Assembly: GCA_964574035.1 (NCBI GenBank)
Contig: CAZNLD010000003.1
Span: forward strand, 15,485-79,484
Length of the DNA: 64,000 nt
From: Candidatus Undinarchaeota archaeon
GTDB taxonomy: Archaea > Undinarchaeota > Undinarchaeia > Undinarchaeales > JALTGF01
Direction: 5' to 3'
The notes below the pieces were generated by a model. That model was given only the letters and a program-made list of their open reading frames with translations. It did not search any database and had not been told where the DNA came from. Both the position numbers and the translations under genes were made by a program. Below are positions 15,386 to 25,019 of the stretch, one piece after another; position 1 is the stretch's first letter, and every line of letters begins with the position of its first letter.

Positions 15386-16486
15386 TTAGCAGACATATTC
15401 GGAAGAAGCTGAAGATGTGCTTTCAGAGGACAACGGACTAATTCCTGGAGAAGGAGTGCTGGTTGATAAAGTTTCTGAGCAGTCCTCCGGGGCAGTAGTA
15501 AATGCTGAGCAGACAGCGATTTTAATTGCCTCAGGAGATCTTCCTCTTAAATTATCTGGAATTACAATACCATTAATCTTTGGAGTTGGAGATCCAATTA
15601 CTTCTCCTGCTGAACTTGCATACTGCATAGCCTGGTCATATAGTTCGTTCCCTCTCTCGTCAATGCACAGGTCTACTTTACTAGAATCTATCCCTGAATT
15701 TTCCATAGCTTCGTCTATAACAGGATCCATACATTCCTTGAAATAAGTATCATTTCCTGCATCCTGAGTGTCAATCTCTTCATTAGTCTGCAAATTAAAA
15801 CCGTGGTAAACATTGTAGCATTCCTGCGCCCTTTCACTGTACACTACTCTTTTCAAGTAGTCAAAAAAGATTTCCTTTCCATACTGATCAATAATGCACA
15901 GCTCTTTCTTAGTTTCGAGCTCTTCGGCCTGCATATGAGTGATCCCTATATGCTTAATACTTATATTCGCTTCTTCTTTAAAGACATCATATACTGGAAT
16001 AAGGCCCTTCATGTATTGCAAACCATACGGGCAATAAGGAGATACAAATGCTTCAACTACGGGTTTTTCGGTTTTAGGAATTTCAGTCTGCTCTGCTTCT
16101 GCAGAACTTCCTTCCTGGCTTAGACTTTCAGTCATATCAATTGCCTGAGTAAACATCTTTTCGCCATCTTGTGAAACATATAACTCCATCTGCTGGCCCT
16201 GAATAGATATCGTTAGTTTAATTAAACCATTCTCTTCAACTGCATCAACAAGCTCAGCTTCTACATCGCCCTGTATTAAATTAGAATTAATGTAATTAAC
16301 AGAATTTTCTGCAACAGAATCAACATTATTTCCGCCCATAGTAATGAAACCGGACGGATTGATACTGGCCAAAGCCATTACAAGAATTACAAAAAGTATG
16401 ATTGTAGCAGACTTCCAAACATTACCCTTTATCTTATCAAAAAAATTGCTTTTATCTTTTGATTTTTTATCAGTCTCTTCACTCAT
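15386..16486 (-). CDS. membrane-anchored thioredoxin-fold (DsbA-like) protein with monothiol CPYG motif and Ser-rich tail
   Basis: 366 aa. N-terminal TM (ATIILFVILVMALA); FVSPYCPYGLQ where DsbA-like proteins have CxxC; several further Cys; C-terminus ...STSSASSEYVC. Confidence 0.55.
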   Translation of the reverse strand: MSEETDKKSKDKSNFFDKIKGNVWKSATIILFVILVMALASINPSGFITMGGNNVDSVAENSVNYINSNLIQGDVEAELVDAVEENGLIKLTISIQGQQMELYVSQDGEKMFTQAIDMTESLSQEGSSAEAEQTEIPKTEKPVVEAFVSPYCPYGLQYMKGLIPVYDVFKEEANISIKHIGITHMQAEELETKKELCIIDQYGKEIFFDYLKRVVYSERAQECYNVYHGFNLQTNEEIDTQDAGNDTYFKECMDPVIDEAMENSGIDSSKVDLCIDERGNELYDQAMQYASSAGEVIGSPTPKINGIVIPDNLRGRSPEAIKIAVCSAFTTAPEDCSETLSTSTPSPGISPLSSESTSSASSEYVC

Positions 16487-16573
16487 AGCATATTAAGTAT
16501 TGAAGTTGACTTATATACTTTTTCCAACAAACAAACCTTTTAAATAATTAAGCACTAAATGAATTGAATAAAC

Positions 16574-16759
16574 ATGGCAAAGCCAGCCTATCGGAAAGAA
16601 ATAGGACACCTTGAAAAAAGACTTAAAGTTACATTTCTGGATATGCTCACGCTTTTTGCTTTAATTGCCGCGGCTGTCCAATGGTATATAGGCAAGCCGC
16701 CGGAGATTTCAATTCTATTGGCAATAGTTTTCCAACTAGTCAGAATTGGAAGAAACTAG
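16574..16759 (+). CDS. small membrane protein
   Basis: 61 aa with two hydrophobic segments. It precedes an SD-like GGAGGTG belonging to the next gene. Confidence 0.4.
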   Translation: MAKPAYRKEIGHLEKRLKVTFLDMLTLFALIAAAVQWYIGKPPEISILLAIVFQLVRIGRN

Positions 16760-16771
16760 GAGGTGTCTTAA

Positions 16772-17437
16772 ATGGCAAGCAAGCACGTCTTCAAAGGCGT
16801 TGAATTAGAATGGCTGATACACGACTGTTTCAAAATAAAAAAAGATGACTTGACAGTTTACATTGACCCATATGGATTAGAAGGAAATCCGGAAAAAGCA
16901 GACCTGATTTTAATTACCCACGACCACTATGACCACTGCGACCCCAAATCAGTTGAAAATGTAAGGAAAGAAGGAACTAAAATAATTACAAATAAAGCAG
17001 TTTCTCTGAAAATAAAGGACTCTGAAGCGGTTTCTATGGGGGACAAGAAAAAAGTTAAAGGAATTGAAATAAAAGCAGTTCCTGCATATAATACAAAAGA
17101 AAACAGACTGGAATATCATCCAAAAGAAGACGGAGGTTTGGGATTTATTTTAAACATAGGAGGAGTTAAAATCTACCACAGCGGGGATACAGATTTAATT
17201 GATGAAATGGGAGATATTGATGCAGATGTTGCCCTTCTCCCTGTAAGCGGAACCTATGTAATGACTGCAGAAGAAGCAGCAGAAGCAGTCAAAAAAATAA
17301 AGCCGAAACTGGCTATTCCAATGCATATAGAAGCAGGAATTGTCGGAACAAAAACAGATGCAGAAGAATTCAAAAGTCTTATTCCGGAAGAAATAGAAGT
17401 AAAAATACTGGACCCGAAAATTAAAGCAGAGAAATAA
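16772..17437 (+). CDS. metallo-beta-lactamase-fold hydrolase (UPF0173-like)
   Basis: 221 aa with the motif LILITHDHYDHCD plus a downstream HSGD. An SD AGGAGGTG lies upstream. Confidence 0.85.
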   Translation: MASKHVFKGVELEWLIHDCFKIKKDDLTVYIDPYGLEGNPEKADLILITHDHYDHCDPKSVENVRKEGTKIITNKAVSLKIKDSEAVSMGDKKKVKGIEIKAVPAYNTKENRLEYHPKEDGGLGFILNIGGVKIYHSGDTDLIDEMGDIDADVALLPVSGTYVMTAEEAAEAVKKIKPKLAIPMHIEAGIVGTKTDAEEFKSLIPEEIEVKILDPKIKAEK

Positions 17438-17438
17438 A

Positions 17439-18050
17439 TTACTTAAGCAGAACAGCCCTGACAGGAGAACCGTCTACATTTATCTTCAAAGGGAAACAGC
17501 AGAGAGTATATTCTCCGGAGTCGACTTCATTTAAGTTTAAGCCCTCAATTATTGGAATCCCTGCCTTAAGCAGAAGATTATGAGTTTCATGCTCCGGCTG
17601 GTTCCTTTCTACGCCCAGCTCATCTATCCCAACTGTCTTTATCCCTTTAGAAACCAGATATTCAGCACCTGTTTTATCAAGATAAATAAAATTAAAATCA
17701 AATCCTTCATTTAATGAATTCTTAGTTTTGAATAGAACAATATCCCCTTCGTTTATTTTCAGTTTTTTCAAATCTTCCTTTCCTATTTTTTCATCTAAAT
17801 TTGTCAAATCAAAAACCCTGCATTTTCCATAAAATTTGTCAAGTGAAAGTTCATCTATTTTCATACCGTCTTCGAAAACATGGTACGGTGCATCTATATG
17901 GGTTCCTGTGTGGCTGTTTAAAACTAACTTAGTTGAATTGGAGCCGTCTGATTTAATAGAACTGCGTTTAGATATTTCAGGTTTATTTTCTTCTCTGTTT
18001 TTATAGAGAGTCATATCTTCACTGATTTTTCTGGAAATATCAATTATCAT
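17439..18050 (-). CDS. cyclase-family protein (kynurenine formamidase-like)
   Basis: The motif HTGTHIDAPYH (HxGTHxDxPxH) defines the family. The track start at 18080 is a TTG. The ATG at 18050 (MIIDIS...) is the more plausible start. Confidence 0.8.
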   Translation of the reverse strand: MIIDISRKISEDMTLYKNREENKPEISKRSSIKSDGSNSTKLVLNSHTGTHIDAPYHVFEDGMKIDELSLDKFYGKCRVFDLTNLDEKIGKEDLKKLKINEGDIVLFKTKNSLNEGFDFNFIYLDKTGAEYLVSKGIKTVGIDELGVERNQPEHETHNLLLKAGIPIIEGLNLNEVDSGEYTLCCFPLKINVDGSPVRAVLLK

Positions 18051-18966
18051 CTGCCTTCTTTCCCGGCTTGTGCCCGCCAAAAATATTTCTCATTGCATTT
18101 ATTAATTTAGTAGCATATTTTTCTTTTGATTGAGATTCCTTTCTCCTTTCAATTGCAACCCTGCCTGCAGGAACCTCCACGTTTAGACTTTCAGCTAAAT
18201 CTGCCAGTTTAGCCATTTCATCTGTAGTTTCACCGTAAATCCTGCCGCTAATACCTTTTAAATCTCCGAATTTTTCCAGCGCCTTTTTTGCAGATTCAAC
18301 AAGCATTCCTTCATTTATACTTCCGTGATTCCAGACATCAAAAACATCTTTTAGATTTACATCCATTCCTTCTTTTTCAGAAACAGATTTAATGGAAGAA
18401 GCTCCTTCTGCTATTCCTTCCATAGTTATATATTCAACAAAATTATGATAACCTTTTACTAAATGCCCTGCTCCTGATTTTCCAATATATTTGTATCCAT
18501 TTTCAATACAAAGAGATTTAAAAACCGGATCTAAAACATCATAAGCTCCTTTTTCTCCGCCAACCATCATACATGCTTTTCCTTCTGAAATCTTTATTCC
18601 GCCACTTGTTCCTACATCTAAATAATATATCCCTTTCTTTTTCAGCTCTTTTGCCCTTCTAACTGAATCCTTGTAATATGAATTTCCGCCGTCAATAATT
18701 ATATCGCCTTCTCCTGCCTTTTTAACAATTTGTTCAATGCAGTCGTCAACCGGCTTTCCAGCTGGGACCATTAGAAAAACTATTTTTCTTTCATCCAATT
18801 TATCCAATAGGACATCTATTGAATATACAGCATCTATACCTGCTTCTTTTGCTCTATCCACTGTTTTTCTTACTTTATCTGTAGCAACAAGTTCAAAACC
18901 TGAATTAGTCAAATGTTCAGCCATTCCAAAGCCCATTTTTCCAAGACCAATTAATCCAATTTTCAT
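18040..18966 (-). CDS. 6-phosphogluconate dehydrogenase-like NAD(P)-binding oxidoreductase (short, decarboxylating type)
   Basis: 308 aa with the Rossmann motif MKIGLIGLGKMG, and IIDGGNSYYKDSVRRAKELKKKGIYYLDVGTSGG as in Gnd/YqeC. Confidence 0.8.
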   Translation of the reverse strand: MKIGLIGLGKMGFGMAEHLTNSGFELVATDKVRKTVDRAKEAGIDAVYSIDVLLDKLDERKIVFLMVPAGKPVDDCIEQIVKKAGEGDIIIDGGNSYYKDSVRRAKELKKKGIYYLDVGTSGGIKISEGKACMMVGGEKGAYDVLDPVFKSLCIENGYKYIGKSGAGHLVKGYHNFVEYITMEGIAEGASSIKSVSEKEGMDVNLKDVFDVWNHGSINEGMLVESAKKALEKFGDLKGISGRIYGETTDEMAKLADLAESLNVEVPAGRVAIERRKESQSKEKYATKLINAMRNIFGGHKPGKKADDN

Positions 18967-19808
18967 CTTTCCACCTTGCTCTTACCGAAAACAAATGCCC
19001 CTATAAGACCGGCTTCTTCCTGAAGTCCGGCGGGAGCAATATCAGGTATTTTATTAACAGTATATTTTTTAATTTCTTCCTTTTTAGGGATTATTTTATT
19101 AAAATGGTTTAAAGCTACCGGTCCATTTACAAATATTTTATCAACCTGAACTGCATTGATAATATTTCCAAAACCCTGAGCATTATAGTCTCTTATCTTT
19201 TTAATCAACTCTTTAGATTTTGAACCGCTCTGCTTAAAAAATTCCTCCGGTTTCATTCCGGAAGCAAGCTCAATCCCATAGCCGGAGCAGAGTGAAGCCC
19301 AGCATCCTCTTCTTCCACAACTGCATTTAGGCCCGTCTCTTTCCAAAATCATATGACCGTATTCTCCGCCCGGTATTAAATTTCCATTAACTATCGTACC
19401 TGCGCCGATACCAGTACTGATTGTAACAAGACAGATTGAATTTAAATCCCTGCCTTCTCCATATTCTTTTTCGGCAAGAACTGCTGCATCCATATCATTT
19501 AAAACAAAAATATTTTCTGAAAAATTAATTTCCTTTGAAAAATTTATTTTTTCCTGGAGATTCATTGGAGGCGCTTCTAAAAGGACATTATTTTCAACAG
19601 GACCCGGAACTCCAACAGAAACAATATCAATCTTATCTGAAATCTGAGACCTTAAATATTTAGAAACAGATTTAAACTGCTCTAAAAAATCTTTTCTTTC
19701 TCTTTTAGTCTGAACTGTCTTTTCAACTATTTTCCTGTCTGTTTTTGAATTAAAAACAGCGCCCCTAAGATTAGTTCCCCCTATGTCGTAACATTCAATA
19801 AATGCCAT
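18963..19808 (-). CDS. ROK-family sugar kinase (glucokinase-like)
   Basis: 281 aa with an N-terminal DIGGTNLR ATP motif and the ROK zinc motif CSCGRRGCWASLCSG. Confidence 0.85.
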   Translation of the reverse strand: MAFIECYDIGGTNLRGAVFNSKTDRKIVEKTVQTKRERKDFLEQFKSVSKYLRSQISDKIDIVSVGVPGPVENNVLLEAPPMNLQEKINFSKEINFSENIFVLNDMDAAVLAEKEYGEGRDLNSICLVTISTGIGAGTIVNGNLIPGGEYGHMILERDGPKCSCGRRGCWASLCSGYGIELASGMKPEEFFKQSGSKSKELIKKIRDYNAQGFGNIINAVQVDKIFVNGPVALNHFNKIIPKKEEIKKYTVNKIPDIAPAGLQEEAGLIGAFVFGKSKVER

Positions 19809-19866
19809 AAAAGAATATAGCTGAAATCAAGATATATAATTTACGAATAATACTAACTAAAACAAA

Positions 19867-20031
19867 CTACTTTTCTCTTCTTTTGGCTCTAAGCCGGGTA
19901 TATCCGCATTCTCGGCATTTTGCCTTTCCCATTCTAATCCTTTTAGGGTCCACCCTGTTTCTTGCATTGCATTTCATGCAGATGTAGACATTTTTGAACA
20001 ATCTTGCATCTGCTTCAGGAAATCTTGCCAT
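19867..20031 (-). CDS. rpl40e: 50S ribosomal protein eL40
   Basis: Not in the ORF track (54 aa). The reverse strand gives [54 protein letters not shown], with the CxxC...CxxC zinc ribbon typical of L40e. Confidence 0.85.
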   Translation of the reverse strand: MARFPEADARLFKNVYICMKCNARNRVDPKRIRMGKAKCRECGYTRLRAKRREK

Positions 20032-20075
20032 AGTATCAATATAGAGTGTATCCTTATATATAAAGGTTTAGCAGG

Positions 20076-21662
20076 CTATTTAAGACAGGCTTTAACGAAA
20101 CCAACGAATGGCGGGCTTGGGTCTTCAGGCCTTGACTTAAATTCAGGATGGAACTGAGTTGCTAAAAAGAAAGGATGGTCCGGCAGTTCAAGAATTTCCA
20201 TAATTTTCTTTTTTGGATATTTCCCTGAAAATTTAAGTCCGTTTTTCTCTAACTTGTCAATATATTCTGGATTTAATTCATATCTATGCCTATGCCTTTC
20301 AGAAATTTTAGTTTTGCCGTATAATTTGTAAGCTAAAGTTCCTTTTTCAATCCTGCAGGGCATGGCTCCTAATCGCATAGTTCCTCCCATATCTTTAATT
20401 TTGTACTGCTCAGGCAGGATGCATATAATTGGATGCTTGCAGTTTTCCTTATTTTCAGTAGTATTGGCATCTTCTAAATTACAGGCTTCTCTGGCAAAAC
20501 CAATTGCCGCCAGCTGGAATCCGTAGCATAAGCCAAGGAAAGGAATATTGTTTTCTCTTGCATAGTTAATTGCCATAATTTTGCCTTCGGCGCCTCTTGA
20601 GCCGAATCCTCCTGGAACAATAAGACCGTCAACCTTGTCCAGAACGCTCAATTCCTTGTTGTTCTCCTCGAATTCTTCCGTTCCTATCCACTTTATATTA
20701 ACCATACAGTTGTTCTCAGCGCCTGCATGCTTAAGAGACTCTAAAATGCTGACATATGAGTCACCCAGGGCCGTATATTTGCCTGCAAGAGCAATTGTTA
20801 TCTCTTTTCCCGGATTTAAAATTCTGTCAACAAATTTTTTCCACTTGTTCAGGTCCTTTTTAGTTTTCAGGTTCATTTTTTCTGCAACCTTCTTTCCAAT
20901 GTTTTCTTCCTGAAGAACTAAAGGAACTTCATAAATAGAATCGGCATCCGGATCAGAAATAACATCATCTATATGAACATTGCAGAAATTTGCAATCTTT
21001 TTCTTGGTTTTCTTTTCCAGCTTGTTTTCAGTTCTTGCCAAAATTAAATCGGGCTGGATTCCCGCCTCCTGCAGTCTCTGAACGGAATGCTGTGTCGGCT
21101 TGGTTTTCTGCTCTCCGACTACAGACATTACAGGAACAAGAGTTACATGGGCAAACAAAACATTGTCGTCCCCTTCTTCTAAGTGGAGCTGTCTGCAGGC
21201 CTCCAGGAAAGGCATGCTCTCAATATCTCCCACTGTTCCTCCGAGTTCAATTATAGTTATATCAGAACCTTTTGCTGCTTTTCTTATTTGTTTTTGAATT
21301 TCATCCGTAATATGAGGAATTATTTGAACTGTCTTTCCAAGATAATCGCCCCTTCTTTCCTTGTCAATAACCGCTTTGTAGACTTTGCCGGTAGTAATAT
21401 TGTTATCTCGTGATAAGCTCTTGTTAAGAAATCTTTCATAGTTTCCAAGGTCCATATCGCATTCTCCGCCATCGTCCAGAACAAAAACTTCGCCGTGTTC
21501 AAAAGGGTTCATAGTTCCCGCATCTACATTGATATACGGATCAACCTTAATCATAGTTACATTGTAGCCGTAGCTTTGGAGAATCTTCCCTATAGAAGCA
21601 GATGCTATTCCTTTTCCCAGACCGGACATTACTCCTCCTGTTGTTATGATATATTTAGGCAT
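20076..21662 (-). CDS. pyrG: CTP synthase
   Basis: 528 aa with N-terminal [16 protein letters not shown] and a glutamine amidotransferase domain ([15 protein letters not shown]). Confidence 0.97.
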   Translation of the reverse strand: MPKYIITTGGVMSGLGKGIASASIGKILQSYGYNVTMIKVDPYINVDAGTMNPFEHGEVFVLDDGGECDMDLGNYERFLNKSLSRDNNITTGKVYKAVIDKERRGDYLGKTVQIIPHITDEIQKQIRKAAKGSDITIIELGGTVGDIESMPFLEACRQLHLEEGDDNVLFAHVTLVPVMSVVGEQKTKPTQHSVQRLQEAGIQPDLILARTENKLEKKTKKKIANFCNVHIDDVISDPDADSIYEVPLVLQEENIGKKVAEKMNLKTKKDLNKWKKFVDRILNPGKEITIALAGKYTALGDSYVSILESLKHAGAENNCMVNIKWIGTEEFEENNKELSVLDKVDGLIVPGGFGSRGAEGKIMAINYARENNIPFLGLCYGFQLAAIGFAREACNLEDANTTENKENCKHPIICILPEQYKIKDMGGTMRLGAMPCRIEKGTLAYKLYGKTKISERHRHRYELNPEYIDKLEKNGLKFSGKYPKKKIMEILELPDHPFFLATQFHPEFKSRPEDPSPPFVGFVKACLK

Positions 21663-21762
21663 AGTCTTAAAAGTACTTTAAAATATAAAAAGGTTATTAT
21701 TTAGATTCAAATATGAAGAACAACGCTTTAAAACAACGAATATTAAACAAAAGTGAAAACAG

Positions 21763-24700
21763 TTATTTCAAAAACTTCTCAGTCAGCCAGACCCTTCTCA
21801 ATTTTCCGTGTTTTTTAGTTTCAACAAGTCCTCTTTTTTCCAGAGAATCAACCCATCTGGATAAAGTTGTTGTGGGCATTCTTGTTTTATGGTAGATTTT
21901 CGCCTGAGTTGAATCTCCTCCTAAAAGTATTAAAGTTCCCATGATTTCTTTTTCTCTGTAATGGAGCGCTCCTAAGACAGCCCTCATTTTCGGAGTTATT
22001 TCTATATTTACAGGAGGCTTTTCTTTAATCGGCCCTGCATACGAAACGGATTTCGTTGTTCTCTTTTTTAATTTAGGAAAACTGAAATCGAATTTAGATA
22101 TATCGGACAAACCCAAATCAGGAAAACTACTGTTTTTCAACCTAATATAGTATTTTTTAAAATTTAATCTTTCAGGATTAAAATTAGGTTTGTTAAGTTT
22201 GCCTTTATGAAAACCGTAAGCAATTAAGCCGGCAAACAAAATCGCAGAAAACAAAATAATTGTAGTTGAATTTTCAACTTTATTAAAAGTAATCAACATT
22301 GTTGGATCCTGGTCTTCTTCAACCTCATTCGGCGCCTCTGTCTTTTTTAGGTTTTCTTGTATTTCAGTCGGCTTCTCGAGCCCAGATTCATTTTCCTGAA
22401 CTGGTTCTTTACCGCCGATTGCAAAATAAGAAAAGCCGGGAAGTTCTGTTTTAAAGACAATTAAATCAGAGCGAGAATACTTCTTTTCCCCTTCATTTTC
22501 ATTCCATTCTCTACTAGTTCCGTCGCTCCTATACAAAATTCCTTTTGATAAATCCAAACCATTCTCTTCAGCCCAGGATCTATTTACTAAAAAATCAATT
22601 TCAACTTTCTCTATATCTTCATTCTCAAAATTAACCGGCTCTATCTTGAGATAAACAAACGAATTTTCCGCGTCGCTGACCGAATTAGGCTTTTGATTGA
22701 ATTTTATAATTTGAACCAAGCCGTTTTTGATTTCTTTCCTTGCAGTTACCTGAACTCTTGAAATGTAAACTTCTTCCGCATTTTTACACTTTCCTACCCC
22801 AGTCTGATTTGGATAAAGATTTCCAATCTTTGCATTGCACTGAGGAAGAGGAGTTCCACTCGAACCGCCGCCTCCACCGCCAGCCGAAGAAGGATTCGGA
22901 CTAGGTATTGGCTTGTCCTTATCCTGAACTTCAATTGAGATATTTTGGCTGTCAATTAATTCGCCGTCTGAAACAGTAATATTCACCGTATAATTTCCAG
23001 AATCTTCATATCCTGTTTCCCAGGTATTAGAACTCATTGCACCGGAATAATTGAACTCTAGAATATTGTCATCATTCGAAACATTGTTTTCATTATCTGG
23101 ATCAGATGCATTTGGAAGAAGTTCTATTGTAGAGCTTTCTTCAACTATTAAATTGGGATAATTCTCAAAAACTGGCGGTCTGTTTAAATTAGATACATTT
23201 ATCTTAACATCCTGTATATCATTAAACTCGCCGTCGGAAACTTCCACAGATAAATTATAAAGTCCAGAATCTTCAAATGTTGTCTGCCACATCCCGGTTT
23301 CGTTTAAAGGAGGAGAATAACTAAAGGAAAGGACATCTCCGTCCGGGTCGGACGCATTTGGTAAAATAATAATTGAATCGCCTTCGGTTGCATTTATTTG
23401 AACAAACGGCTCCAGAACCGGCGGAGCATTAACATCATGTACGGTTAGATTCCAACTTACAATATCACTGAATGTCCCGTCGCCTGCCTCAGCAGAGATA
23501 TTATGGAATCCATTTGATTGAAAATCTGCTTCATAAACATAAGAATCAGAAGTCTCTCCATCAATTTCCTGTCCGTCTAGATACCATTTATAACTGATTC
23601 CTCCCAATTCAGAAGAAGCAGCAACTGAAAATTTCTGAGATTCTCCTTCACTAATTGCCTGATTTCCAGTTGGACTCAACTTGTTTAATTTGAAAGGCAT
23701 CTCAATATTTACAATATCAATTGTCTCATCTAGAACTGAACCCTGATAGTCAAGAGCGTTTGAATTTATTTTTATTTGTTTTCCGGCTGCTTCTGAACCG
23801 TAATCAGACGGATTCCAAGTAAAACTAATTTCAGTGTCCCCTGTATTTAAATCAAGTGTTTCTTCTTGATAATTAATTTCCGTTCCGTTCAAAAGAGAGT
23901 AAGAAGAATTTATCTTTCCATCCTGCACCGCTTTGCCGTGAGGATTTGTATAGGTTAGAGTTAGTTGATTGCTCCCATTATAACTATAATTTTCAGGGGT
24001 TAAAGTTCTTATTTTAGGTTCGTGTATCATATCTCCCGTAGTATAAGAATCAAGAGAATCATCTGGATTTTCCAATTTAATTTCGCTTAAAAATCTTTTT
24101 TCAATAGATGAATCATTATAATATATATTAACAACAGGACTTTCATAATTATAAACAGAACCGTTTAATTTAATTTCCGAAGTAGGCAGATTATACCCGC
24201 AACTTCCGGCAACAGGACCGCAGTTCGTAGTCAGCGTTGCATAATATTTTACATATTTCACAGCAACAGGGTCAATTGAAAAAATTGTTGTCGAGTTGAA
24301 ATTGCCATCTCCATTTACAGCAGACAGCTCGGCAAGTGTCTGCCAGTCAGAGCCGTTCAAGGAACCTTTAAACCGTATATAATGCGCTTCGTATCCTTCT
24401 CCTGAAATCCCACCGATATATACTATAAGCTCATCAATTACTCTCGGTTCAGGAAGTGTAATTAAAACCGGCTTGGTGTAATCATGGCGCTTCCCTCCAG
24501 TATCCCCGTCAATGAAATCGGCTTCTGAGCAGACTGCTCCAGTTGTATTTAATGCATAGTTCTTTTCCCCATCAGGCGCTGAAATTACTCCCCAATCAAG
24601 ACCATTGCTGATAGATACTGTCTGGCCCGGATTTATTATACATGCCTGTTTTGAAGCCCATTCCGTCAGTTCAGTTGTATTGTCGGGCGAATAAATTGAA

Positions 24701-24897
24701 GCATAAACATTGAACGCATCTGCATCTCCAATGTTCTTTAATTTTATATTTTCAGTGACAGCAGGTTTTCCATTAATAACTGAAAAATTTTGATAAGAAG
24801 CAGCAACAAGTTGAGGCTCGGCAAATGAGTACTGTATAAAAATAAGAAAAAAGAATAGAATAAAACATGCTAATTTTTCTGTTTTTATTTTTGCCAT
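21763..24897 (-). CDS. giant surface protein (PKD/cadherin-like repeats) with TM helix and cytoplasmic C-terminal winged-helix DNA-binding domain
   Basis: 1044 aa. Signal peptide (...IQYSFA/EP); repeated Ig-like modules (...ASDPDGDVLSFSY..., ...ASDPDNENN...); a Gly linker SAGGGGGGSSG; TM TTIILFSAILFAGLIAYGF; then about 155 aa ending in EKEIMGTLILLGGDSTQAKIYHKTRMPTTTLSRWVDSLEKRGLVETKKHGKLRRVWLT (MarR/TrmB-like wHTH). Confidence 0.8.
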   Translation of the reverse strand: MAKIKTEKLACFILFFFLIFIQYSFAEPQLVAASYQNFSVINGKPAVTENIKLKNIGDADAFNVYASIYSPDNTTELTEWASKQACIINPGQTVSISNGLDWGVISAPDGEKNYALNTTGAVCSEADFIDGDTGGKRHDYTKPVLITLPEPRVIDELIVYIGGISGEGYEAHYIRFKGSLNGSDWQTLAELSAVNGDGNFNSTTIFSIDPVAVKYVKYYATLTTNCGPVAGSCGYNLPTSEIKLNGSVYNYESPVVNIYYNDSSIEKRFLSEIKLENPDDSLDSYTTGDMIHEPKIRTLTPENYSYNGSNQLTLTYTNPHGKAVQDGKINSSYSLLNGTEINYQEETLDLNTGDTEISFTWNPSDYGSEAAGKQIKINSNALDYQGSVLDETIDIVNIEMPFKLNKLSPTGNQAISEGESQKFSVAASSELGGISYKWYLDGQEIDGETSDSYVYEADFQSNGFHNISAEAGDGTFSDIVSWNLTVHDVNAPPVLEPFVQINATEGDSIIILPNASDPDGDVLSFSYSPPLNETGMWQTTFEDSGLYNLSVEVSDGEFNDIQDVKINVSNLNRPPVFENYPNLIVEESSTIELLPNASDPDNENNVSNDDNILEFNYSGAMSSNTWETGYEDSGNYTVNITVSDGELIDSQNISIEVQDKDKPIPSPNPSSAGGGGGGSSGTPLPQCNAKIGNLYPNQTGVGKCKNAEEVYISRVQVTARKEIKNGLVQIIKFNQKPNSVSDAENSFVYLKIEPVNFENEDIEKVEIDFLVNRSWAEENGLDLSKGILYRSDGTSREWNENEGEKKYSRSDLIVFKTELPGFSYFAIGGKEPVQENESGLEKPTEIQENLKKTEAPNEVEEDQDPTMLITFNKVENSTTIILFSAILFAGLIAYGFHKGKLNKPNFNPERLNFKKYYIRLKNSSFPDLGLSDISKFDFSFPKLKKRTTKSVSYAGPIKEKPPVNIEITPKMRAVLGALHYREKEIMGTLILLGGDSTQAKIYHKTRMPTTTLSRWVDSLEKRGLVETKKHGKLRRVWLTEKFLK

Positions 24898-25019
24898 TCT
24901 CCTATCCCTGATTAAAGACGCAACTTCTGGTAATTTAAAGTATATTCAATAGTATATAAATTGTACTATATAGATTAGAAACCAAACTGGAATAAATTAA
25001 GGTAAACTGAAAGCACACA

